Virus record (IMG/VR): IMGVR_UViG_3300025467_000014
Span: 1-64,000 of that record
DNA: 64,000 bases
Source of the DNA: an uncultured virus (IMG/VR IMGVR_UViG_3300025467_000014)
Taxonomy: Duplodnaviria > Heunggongvirae > Uroviricota > Caudoviricetes
Direction: 5' to 3' (one strand)
The position numbers and the translations under genes were made by a program. Numbering within the stretch: position 1 is the first letter of the stretch; every line of letters starts with the position of its first letter. Shown here piece by piece: positions 19,190 through 26,173 of the stretch. The notes below the pieces were generated by a model. The model was not told where the DNA came from, did not search any database, and saw nothing but the letters and a program-made list of their open reading frames with translations.

Positions 19190-20098
19190 ATGAAAATTAA
19201 CCTACAGAGTACGTCGTTTACAGCAGTCAAAGATGTTCAGATTCCTGACATTTACAATCGTCGCGTCAAGTCGGGTATTCCCGAGGTTGACGAAATGTTC
19301 GGAGGTGGAATGCTTCCGGGTTCAGTTACTACAATCTCATCAAAGGCAGGTGTTGGTAAGTCGACGATGGTTCTTCAGATTCTTAACGGTATAACAAAGA
19401 ACGGTCATAGGGTTGGATTTGTATCGGCGGAGGAGTCTATTCATCAGGTTGCCTTTGCCTGTAAGCGTCTTGGTATTGAAGATGTTGGTATTTGTAACGA
19501 GTCTAATGCTAAGAAGATTATCGGGTTTATGAACGACGTTGACGTTATCGTCATTGATTCGTTCCATGCTGTCGATAAGAGCAATATGGAAGAGAAGGAG
19601 TTCATTGAGACTCTTATTAACCGTGCTAAGGAGACAGAGTGTGTTGTTCTTATTATCTGTCATCTTACTAAGGGTGGTGTTATTAAGGGTACAAACCTGT
19701 TGACGTACGCTGTTGATGTCAATGTTTTTGTTGAACTCTCAGAGGAAGAGCCTGGTCATCGTCGGATTTACTTCGCTAAGAATCGCTTCGGTCCTGGTAT
19801 TGACTATACCTGTGCGTTTACTAGTCGTGGTTATGACTTTACTCCGGTTAAGATAACCGAGGGTGCTGGTAAGACTACTAAGTCTGATAAGAAGGAAGAA
19901 GCTCGTAAGCAAATTCTTAGTATGAACGGTAAGTTCTCAGTCTCTGACGTTTGTACAGCTCTTAAGGTTGATGCCTCCAGGGCTGGATGGCTTCTTCGGG
20001 AGCTTACGACTGAGGGCAAGCTTACTAAGAATGATCTCCGTGGCAATAAGTGCCGGTGGAGGGTAAATAAAGTCGAAGCAATCATAACCAAACACTAA
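19190..20098 (+). CDS. RadA/Sms-like RecA-family ATPase with C-terminal HTH-like region
   Basis: GIPEVDEMFGGG, Walker A SKAGVGKST, SAEES, Walker B IVIDS, HLTKGG and KNRFG motifs. Confidence 0.85.
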   Translation: MKINLQSTSFTAVKDVQIPDIYNRRVKSGIPEVDEMFGGGMLPGSVTTISSKAGVGKSTMVLQILNGITKNGHRVGFVSAEESIHQVAFACKRLGIEDVGICNESNAKKIIGFMNDVDVIVIDSFHAVDKSNMEEKEFIETLINRAKETECVVLIICHLTKGGVIKGTNLLTYAVDVNVFVELSEEEPGHRRIYFAKNRFGPGIDYTCAFTSRGYDFTPVKITEGAGKTTKSDKKEEARKQILSMNGKFSVSDVCTALKVDASRAGWLLRELTTEGKLTKNDLRGNKCRWRVNKVEAIITKH

Positions 20099-20099
20099 T

Positions 20100-20225
20100 A
20101 TGGCAGGCAAAGGATCAAAATCACGCGTAAGCGACACAAAAAAATACAAGGAAAACTTTCCTAAGGCATCAGGCAAGGTTGAAGGCTTTGTAAAGATCAA
20201 GGGAAAGCTTGTAAAGAAATACTAA
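20100..20225 (+). CDS. 41-aa basic protein (MAGKGSKSR...), not in the ORF track
   Basis: Abuts both neighbouring genes; MAGKGSxxR start is common in small phage proteins. Confidence 0.6.
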   Translation: MAGKGSKSRVSDTKKYKENFPKASGKVEGFVKIKGKLVKKY

Positions 20226-20863
20226 TGACACCAGAAAAATTCCAAGCACGCAATCATGCTTTACGGTGTGATTTTGCTGACCTTGAGACCTATAAAAAGT
20301 CTTTTAGTCGTAAGTTTTGGAACTTTATGGACGATAAGTTTAGTATTCGTAGTGTATGGGATGTACTTCCATTCCGTTGGAAGCTACGATACTACGATAA
20401 GATTCGTCCAATCTTTGCTCCAGAAAATAATCGTATTCGTAAGGCAATTCCACGTACCTGGACAGACACATCTCACCTTATTGAGATTATAAATTTTGAG
20501 TTTATTAAGAGTTTTTATGAAACAGAATACCTTCATGGTCACACTGATTGGGAGGGTACAGGTGAGCACGCTGTAGCGTTCGCTAAATGGCTTGAATCTG
20601 CTTACAATTATATTACTATTGAACGACCACAGCTAGAAAAAGATATGGATAATGCCTATCCACCTCATCAACCACTCAAGGAAATGTTTGTACCGTGTGA
20701 GACAGATGATAAGGGTAAGGTTAAGATGTTTAAGATGACACCACGAGAAGAGTCATACGAAGAACTCTATGGAGAGGTTAATCGTCTTGAGCAACTTATT
20801 CAAGATAAAGATAGTGATATTCTAACACAACTTGTTAAATATCGTTACTTCTTTTGGTCATAA
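20225..20863 (+). CDS. hypothetical protein
   Basis: 212-aa ORF in operon context. Confidence 0.75.
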   Translation: MTPEKFQARNHALRCDFADLETYKKSFSRKFWNFMDDKFSIRSVWDVLPFRWKLRYYDKIRPIFAPENNRIRKAIPRTWTDTSHLIEIINFEFIKSFYETEYLHGHTDWEGTGEHAVAFAKWLESAYNYITIERPQLEKDMDNAYPPHQPLKEMFVPCETDDKGKVKMFKMTPREESYEELYGEVNRLEQLIQDKDSDILTQLVKYRYFFWS

Positions 20864-20871
20864 AATTTAAT

Positions 20872-20955
20872 GGGTAGATACCGAAGCTGGACAAACGGGG
20901 AAGACTGTAAATCTTCTGGCTATTGCCTTCAGTGGTTCGAATCCACTTCTGCCCA
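20872..20955 (+). tRNA. trnY: tRNA-Tyr(GTA)
   Basis: Cloverleaf; GAAGA-CTGTAAA-TCTTC anticodon arm; long variable arm; CCA not encoded. Confidence 0.92.
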
Positions 20956-20973
20956 GACTAAATAATATATGCT

Positions 20974-21213
20974 ATGACTCTTATGGATCACAATCCACCA
21001 CATAATACAGCACCTATAATAGATCGCAATACCATTAAATGGAGTGGGTATTTTTCAACGTCAGAGCAGGCAGATGAGCATTTAAAAGAACAGACTAAGC
21101 ATCATGCAGAAAACGAAAATAAATTGGTCGTAAGTGCTAAGAAAGAGTTTGTAAACAGACATTTTAAAGGATATTTTCTTTATCGCTTTGTTGTAATATT
21201 AACAAATAAATGA
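20974..21213 (+). CDS. hypothetical protein
   Basis: 79-aa ORF after a TAAATA motif. Confidence 0.6.
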   Translation: MTLMDHNPPHNTAPIIDRNTIKWSGYFSTSEQADEHLKEQTKHHAENENKLVVSAKKEFVNRHFKGYFLYRFVVILTNK

Positions 21214-21422
21214 ACTTTAAAAAGATATTTGAATCATTATTAACCGAACACATGCACTCTAAACAGAAGGCAGGCTATGTGGCTCATCCTGTTGATGGTC
21301 ATCGCTGTGATGTATGTACGATGTGGAGACCTCCAAATAAGTGTTCTGCCGTATTCGGTGTTATTAAACCTGATGGTTGGTGTAAGTGGTGGAAGAGAAC
21401 ACATAGAAAGGATAGAAAATAA
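21210..21422 (+). CDS. high-potential iron-sulfur protein (HiPIP)-like domain
   Basis: AGY...CDVCxxW...C..V.G.I.PDGWC.WW four-Cys HiPIP pattern. Confidence 0.75.
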   Translation: MNFKKIFESLLTEHMHSKQKAGYVAHPVDGHRCDVCTMWRPPNKCSAVFGVIKPDGWCKWWKRTHRKDRK

Positions 21423-22057
21423 TGAAGGTATACCTCGACATGGATGGGTTACTTGCTAACCTTTTTGATACAGTTTCCATGGGAATGATTGGTAAGCATT
21501 ATAAAGCACTAACGGAACCTGAAAAAGAACATACACGTCAAATTTGGACAGATAGAGAAGGTAAAGCTAAAGAGTTCTTTCAAAAACAGGGTGGAGTTAA
21601 GAAGTTTTTTGCCGATCTTCCTACTTTTGGCCCTCTAACTGACGCTATTATTAACACAGTTGTGAAAGAGGTAGGAGGTTATAGTATTTGCTCCTGTCCT
21701 GCTGGTATTGATGAACAGGCTTCAGAAGCTGGAAAGAGAATTTGGATTCATAAGCACCTTAACCCACTTCCTGATGAAATGTCCTTTGTTAGAGATAAAA
21801 CTATTAACGCAATTAATAAAGAAACAGGTAAGCCCAATGTTCTTATTGATGATTTTCCAAAATATATTAAAGAATGGAAAGCAGCTGGTGGTATTCCAAT
21901 AGAAATGCGTACAGATAGCTTGAATAGTCCAGAAGAAGTAAGAGCATTTCTCACTAAGAAACTTAATGCAGCTAAAGAACAAATTGATGGTGTACAACCT
22001 GAACCTAAAATACCAACGTTTGAGCAATACGTAAGAAAAGTGTTGCATTCTCTCTAA
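21422..22057 (+). CDS. 5'(3')-deoxyribonucleotidase, HAD family
   Basis: YLDMDGLLA motif I, GKRIW, VLIDD motif IV, W..AGG.PI. Confidence 0.85.
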   Translation: MKVYLDMDGLLANLFDTVSMGMIGKHYKALTEPEKEHTRQIWTDREGKAKEFFQKQGGVKKFFADLPTFGPLTDAIINTVVKEVGGYSICSCPAGIDEQASEAGKRIWIHKHLNPLPDEMSFVRDKTINAINKETGKPNVLIDDFPKYIKEWKAAGGIPIEMRTDSLNSPEEVRAFLTKKLNAAKEQIDGVQPEPKIPTFEQYVRKVLHSL

Positions 22058-22077
22058 ATGCATCCATAATTATTTGT

Positions 22078-22698
22078 ATGGGTATGTTTGATATAATTTT
22101 TATAAAGAAAGCACTTCCTCTTAATAAAGAGCTTAAAGCTCTAAAAGATATTAAGTGGGAAGAATGTGACTTTCAGACTAAAGATCTTGAAAATTCTCTC
22201 TCTATCTACGAAGTTACTAAGACCGGTAAACTTCGCTACCAAAAAGTAGAGAGGGAGTGGGTAGATGATGAAGGGGCTTTTTTTAAGGGGTATATGAAAG
22301 AGGTATCTTCTAAGTGGGTTGATACCAAGCATACAGGTACAGTAAGATTTTATCATAATTTTTCTACTAATAAATCAAACGTTAATATTTTTTCAGATGT
22401 AATTGAAGATGATACCGATCTTGATGGATATGATTGGTGGGTGGAGTTTGAAGCTGAATTCGTAAAAGGTAAGCTTACTGAAATTACTCTTACTGAAGCA
22501 AAGAAAGAACCTGCTAAGATTCGTATTATTCAAAATATTGAATGGGCTAAGGATCTTAAGAAAAAGGAATCAACTCTTCATCGTCGTATTATAAAATTTT
22601 TACGTAAGTCAAAGATTTACCGCAAATTGATTAGTAGTTTATTAAAGCTTAATTCAATTATCTCTAGTAAGATTAGTTGGGTTCTTTATAGACTCTAA
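22078..22698 (+). CDS. conserved phage hypothetical protein (MGMFD...FQTKDL family)
   Basis: MGMFD, FQTKDL and EFEAEFVKGKL motifs recurrent in phage proteins. Confidence 0.75.
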   Translation: MGMFDIIFIKKALPLNKELKALKDIKWEECDFQTKDLENSLSIYEVTKTGKLRYQKVEREWVDDEGAFFKGYMKEVSSKWVDTKHTGTVRFYHNFSTNKSNVNIFSDVIEDDTDLDGYDWWVEFEAEFVKGKLTEITLTEAKKEPAKIRIIQNIEWAKDLKKKESTLHRRIIKFLRKSKIYRKLISSLLKLNSIISSKISWVLYRL

Positions 22699-22720
22699 TT
22701 GTTCTTTGATAAATAATTTT

Positions 22721-23171
22721 GGGGGCGTACTGGTTTCGACTTATACTCGAAGTTTGTATGGCACGTAGTGGTTAATCAGTTGGCCACTTTAAAAAGCTGA
22801 TTAAAAACATAAATGCAGAAGATAACTCTGACGCTATCCTTGCGGAAGCATTGTATTGTCTCGAGAACGCTGACGAAATCCTCGCCAGCTTTGAAGAGCC
22901 AGCACTCCTAGCTGCCTAAGGAACCAAAAGATAATCCTATTAAAGCTTTTGGAAATAAAAATAGGTTTAGAAGGTCTTGTGATTCTTAGAAAATTGAGTG
23001 CAAGCGGTGGTATGTGGTCGTTAATCACACATACAGGTAGGACTCTAAACATGGATAGGTCGCTAGTGCCTGGTTACCTTTAGTCAACCAAAGTACGAAA
23101 GCTAGCTAAGCGTGTAGAAGTATAAATAGAAAAGTATAAACACAGGGGTTCGACTCCCCTCGCCTCCACCA
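22721..23171 (+). ncRNA. ssrA: tmRNA (transfer-messenger RNA)
   Basis: 5' GGGGGCGTACTGGTTTCGAC; 3' T-arm GGGGTTCGACTCCCC and CGCCTCC-A-CCA with G3.U; tag frame 22815-22919 ending LAA-TAA. Confidence 0.95.
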
Positions 23172-23182
23172 TTTTATTTTAC

Positions 23183-23256
23183 GGGGAATTAGCTCAGTTG
23201 GTAGTAGCGATAGCTTTGCAAGCTATAGGTCAGCGGTTCGATCCCGCTATTCTCCA
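23183..23256 (+). tRNA. trnA: tRNA-Ala(TGC)
   Basis: ATAGC-TTTGCAA-GCTAT anticodon arm; G3.U70 pair. Confidence 0.92.
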
Positions 23257-23277
23257 CAATTTTTATTAAATATATAC

Positions 23278-23640
23278 ATGGCTTCTACACGTTTAAGCGC
23301 AGCTCGCGATATAGCACATGGTAAATTTCCAGCAACAGGAGTGAAACGATCTCCTAAATGGGCTGCTGTACGCAAGGAACATCTTAAGAATAATCCAAAA
23401 TGTGCAATTTGTGAAGGTACAGAAAAACTTAATGTACATCATATTAAACCATTTCATTTACATCCGGAATTAGAACTCGATCCAAGTAACTTTATTACTC
23501 TTTGTGAAAGTGCAAGTTATGGTATTATCTGTCATATTCTTGTTGGTCATTTAGGTGATTATAAAAACATAAATCCAAATTCTGTAGAAGATGCTAAAAT
23601 TTGGAACGCTAAATTAAAAGAAGATCATTTTCAGAAATAG
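23278..23640 (+). CDS. HNH endonuclease
   Basis: CAIC...VHHIKPF...SNFITLC...CH motifs. Confidence 0.85.
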   Translation: MASTRLSAARDIAHGKFPATGVKRSPKWAAVRKEHLKNNPKCAICEGTEKLNVHHIKPFHLHPELELDPSNFITLCESASYGIICHILVGHLGDYKNINPNSVEDAKIWNAKLKEDHFQK

Positions 23641-23686
23641 CTTGCAGGAACCAATACTTGGTATTAATATAGATAAATAAATTAAC

Positions 23687-23760
23687 GCCCGGTTAGTTCA
23701 ATGGTAAAACGAGGGTTTTGTAAACCTTAGTCGTGAGTTCGATTCTCACACTGGGCTCCA
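23687..23760 (+). tRNA. trnT: tRNA-Thr(TGT)
   Basis: AGGGT-TTTGTAA-ACCTT anticodon arm; CCA encoded. Confidence 0.92.
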
Positions 23761-23780
23761 TACTTGATCTTTTACATTTT

Positions 23781-23855
23781 ACGTCGGTGGTACATTGGCT
23801 GTGCAGCAGTCTCCAAAACTGCCTTAGGTAGGTTCGATTCCTACCCGGCGTGCCA
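23781..23855 (+). tRNA. trnW: tRNA-Trp(CCA)
   Basis: GCAGT-CTCCAAA-ACTGC anticodon arm; G73-CCA. Confidence 0.9.
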
Positions 23856-23866
23856 TAAATAGAATT

Positions 23867-23995
23867 ATAGTAATCGGCAAAACCCTCTCTACAACTGTTC
23901 GAAGAGTTGTATGCATGGAACCGGTTCTTCGTAAGTTCATACAAAACTAGAACATAATCAAGGACGCTTGAGGTTTTTAGGACAAAGGAACTTAC
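23867..23995 (+). ncRNA. candidate small structured, pseudoknotted RNA
   Basis: Several hairpins plus an 8-nt GTAAGTTC/GAACTTAC pairing; TAAATA at 23856; no credible ORF. Confidence 0.4.
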
Positions 23996-24004
23996 ATTAA
24001 TTTC

Positions 24005-24076
24005 CGCAGAGTAGAGAACTGGTATCTCGTCACGCTCATAACGTGAAGGCAGTGGGTTCGATTCCCACCTCTGCCA
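24005..24076 (+). tRNA. trnM: tRNA-Met(CAT), initiator-like
   Basis: TCACG-CTCATAA-CGTGA anticodon arm; C1/C72 mismatch; A11:U24. Confidence 0.88.
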
Positions 24077-24085
24077 ATTTTTTAG

Positions 24086-24114
24086 TTGCCACTTCCTTAT
24101 TCAGGCATTATATT
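24086..24114 (+). promoter_or_regulatory. sigma70-like promoter of the large non-coding unit
   Basis: TTGCCA-17 nt-TATATT; boxA-like GATCTTTGATA at 24130. Confidence 0.6.
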
Positions 24115-24120
24115 AAAAGA

Positions 24121-24635
24121 ATAAGAATTGATCTTTGATAGTACATTTTGAAATTTGACTAGGCGCAAGTCTTAAAAGCTAAAAGACTCCCGCGATAGGT
24201 GATAGCGAAGCATTCGGCCGAGTGAACGTGTAGCCTATAAGATAAATCTCCGTGAAAGCGAATGAGGTTTTCTAGTCATACAAATTAAGTTCCCACGTTG
24301 TAGGTATAATCCGTGGGAGAGATACGTTGAGTTGTCTGTTGGTATGTTAGTAGACGTATTTTCATAGGAGGAGCCAAAAACTTACATACAGCTACGATCC
24401 CTTGCTTTAATAAACACAGACTGGTCGACGAGCTGGCTCCATGCCGGCACTCGATGAGGAGAGAACAAAATCCGGAACAAAAGCTTTTCAAACACCACAA
24501 ATTTTCATATAATGCTACCATGATGTCGGTCTCAAGTCCGAGCGATAGGAGATGGCCTCTCCTACGAAACGCAGAGAGAATGAAAACATAGACTGCAGTC
24601 TGCCCCTATTACCCTGATCAGGTAGTAGGGGTTTT
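24121..24635 (+). ncRNA. candidate large structured ncRNA (possibly several modules), family not recognised
   Basis: No credible ORF, higher GC than flanks, many helices, own promoter and intrinsic terminator. Confidence 0.6.
24603..24635 (+). terminator. intrinsic terminator
   Basis: CCCCTATTACC/GGTAGTAGGGG stem followed by TTTT. Confidence 0.8.
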
Positions 24636-24663
24636 CTGTGTTCTAGAATGATTAAATAATTAT

Positions 24664-24792
24664 ATGCTCGATCCACTGGAAGCTGCTATGGTGGGTTTAT
24701 TTACTTTAGGTTTTATAACAGCTTATGCTATAATGTATTCTACTAAGTTGGTAACTTTACTTGCAAAGTATTTTAAGGGAATCAAAAAATAA
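24664..24792 (+). CDS. 42-aa membrane peptide (MLDPLEAAMV...), not in the ORF track
   Basis: TAAATA at 24653; one TM helix and a basic tail. Confidence 0.5.
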   Translation: MLDPLEAAMVGLFTLGFITAYAIMYSTKLVTLLAKYFKGIKK

Positions 24793-24833
24793 TTCTTGAA
24801 TTCCTTTTCGAGTGCCCATATTATAAAGGGGTA

Positions 24834-25937
24834 ATGAGCACAACAAACACACTAGACAAGTTCGTCGCCAAGAGCAACGATATTCGCCAGACGCTGCAAG
24901 GTTATACCCTCGCTCCTCTGGATATTGAGTCCATCGAGAAGAACGGAAATAACTTCTCTTACAATAACAACCGCCTATCCAGTACATCTCTTAAGAGTCT
25001 CCTTGGAGTTCTTGGAGTTAAGGATCAGCTCGTTAACGAGATTAAGGATGACAGCTCTCAGTGGGCTCCTCTCCATAATGCTCTTACGAACATTAAGAAG
25101 AACAAGCGTGTAACCGCGATTGTTAATAACCACAACAATGAGATTGTTAATCTCTTCGATCGCCCTATCAAGGAAGAGCGTCAGATTGACCTCTCAGCTG
25201 GTCTCCGTTATACAGAGGCCTTCTTGAAGGACAACGAGAATAATCTCGAACTTCGTGACTTTAACTTTGATCCTACTAACATTAGTATTGGAATTAACTT
25301 CAAGAACCCTGATTCTGATATTGACGTATTCGGAGATGGTCATGATATGTGGAAGGGTGGTTTTGGAATGAACTTCTCTCTCAACAAGTCTCAGTTCTAT
25401 CCCTATCTCCTCCGTTTGGTTTGCTCCAATGGAATGACCGCTGTTCATCGTATGGCCCAGCGTTTCATCGATAGTGCTGACTTCAGTCAGAAGACCTTCG
25501 ATACTCAGGTTCGTAAGTTCCTAACTGGTGACGCTCTTCGTCAGGAGATTACGTCAAGTGCTAATCGCCTTAGGGATAACAATGCCTCCCTTAGAGAATT
25601 CAATGCTGCTCGTAGTATTACGATGAAGTATGATAAGGAGCTAGCAGTAACTGCTTTCTCTGATCACGAGATTCGTTCACGGTATAAAGAGGTCGGTATT
25701 GATCTTAATAAATCGAAGGGTACTCGTTGGCAGTCAACGGCTAACTCGAACGTTAATGCTTACGATCTCTTTAATAAGATCACAAACGTTGCTACTCACA
25801 GTGTCTCTGACGAGAACGTAGCATTCAGGATGGAGCTCAACCGACTTGCCTCTGAGTTGTTCTTCAAGGGACCAGACTTCGCTTCAATCGCACCGGATCC
25901 ATTCCGTGAGGTTGCACCAGCAAATCTTAACGCCTAA
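24834..25937 (+). CDS. DUF932-like protein
   Basis: LRLVCSNGM motif and C-terminal NAYDLFNKITNVATH. Confidence 0.75.
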   Translation: MSTTNTLDKFVAKSNDIRQTLQGYTLAPLDIESIEKNGNNFSYNNNRLSSTSLKSLLGVLGVKDQLVNEIKDDSSQWAPLHNALTNIKKNKRVTAIVNNHNNEIVNLFDRPIKEERQIDLSAGLRYTEAFLKDNENNLELRDFNFDPTNISIGINFKNPDSDIDVFGDGHDMWKGGFGMNFSLNKSQFYPYLLRLVCSNGMTAVHRMAQRFIDSADFSQKTFDTQVRKFLTGDALRQEITSSANRLRDNNASLREFNAARSITMKYDKELAVTAFSDHEIRSRYKEVGIDLNKSKGTRWQSTANSNVNAYDLFNKITNVATHSVSDENVAFRMELNRLASELFFKGPDFASIAPDPFREVAPANLNA

Positions 25938-25939
25938 GT

Positions 25940-26000
25940 AAATAAAGTAAACCGGGCGGGCCTCTGCACATGCAAGCTATCTCACGCCCGGTCTTTATTT
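25940..26000 (+). terminator. long hairpin, terminator- or processing-like
   Basis: AAATAAAG..ACCGGGCG / CGCCCGGT-CTTTATTT inverted repeat ending at the tRNA-Gly 5' end. Confidence 0.55.
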
Positions 26001-26075
26001 GGAGATGTAGCATAATGGCAATGCACTTCTTTGCCAAAGAAGATACTGCCGGTTCGAGCCCGGTCATCTCCTCCA
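26001..26075 (+). tRNA. trnG: tRNA-Gly(GCC)
   Basis: CTTCT-TTGCCAA-AGAAG anticodon arm; U73-CCA. Confidence 0.92.
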
Positions 26076-26078
26076 TAC

Positions 26079-26153
26079 GGTCTCATCGTCTAACGGCTAG
26101 GACACGCGGTTTTCATCCGCGTAATCGGAGTTCGAGTCTCCGTGAGACTGCCA
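26079..26153 (+). tRNA. trnE: tRNA-Glu(TTC)
   Basis: CGCGG-TTTTCAT-CCGCG anticodon arm; CCA encoded. Confidence 0.92.
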
Positions 26154-26173
26154 GGAAACAATAAATAATACTG

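Noticed and set aside
22834..23052. 72-aa minus-strand ORF
   Set aside because: Antisense to the tmRNA; shadow ORF
23693..23944. 83-aa minus-strand ORF (likewise 25970..26164 and 50873..51055)
   Set aside because: These overlap clear tRNA genes
24460..24480. AACAAAATCCGG resembling the 3' P4 strand of RNase P RNA
   Set aside because: The 5' GAGGAAAGTCC partner and the following CTTA are missing
24285..24521. 78-aa minus-strand ORF in the ncRNA candidate
   Set aside because: Opposes the plus-strand promoter and terminator, has no recognisable motif or upstream signal; not fully excluded
24515..24575. Hammerhead ribozyme (TGATG...stem...CGAAAC)
   Set aside because: No intact CTGANGA core directly before stem II and no matching stem I/III arrangement
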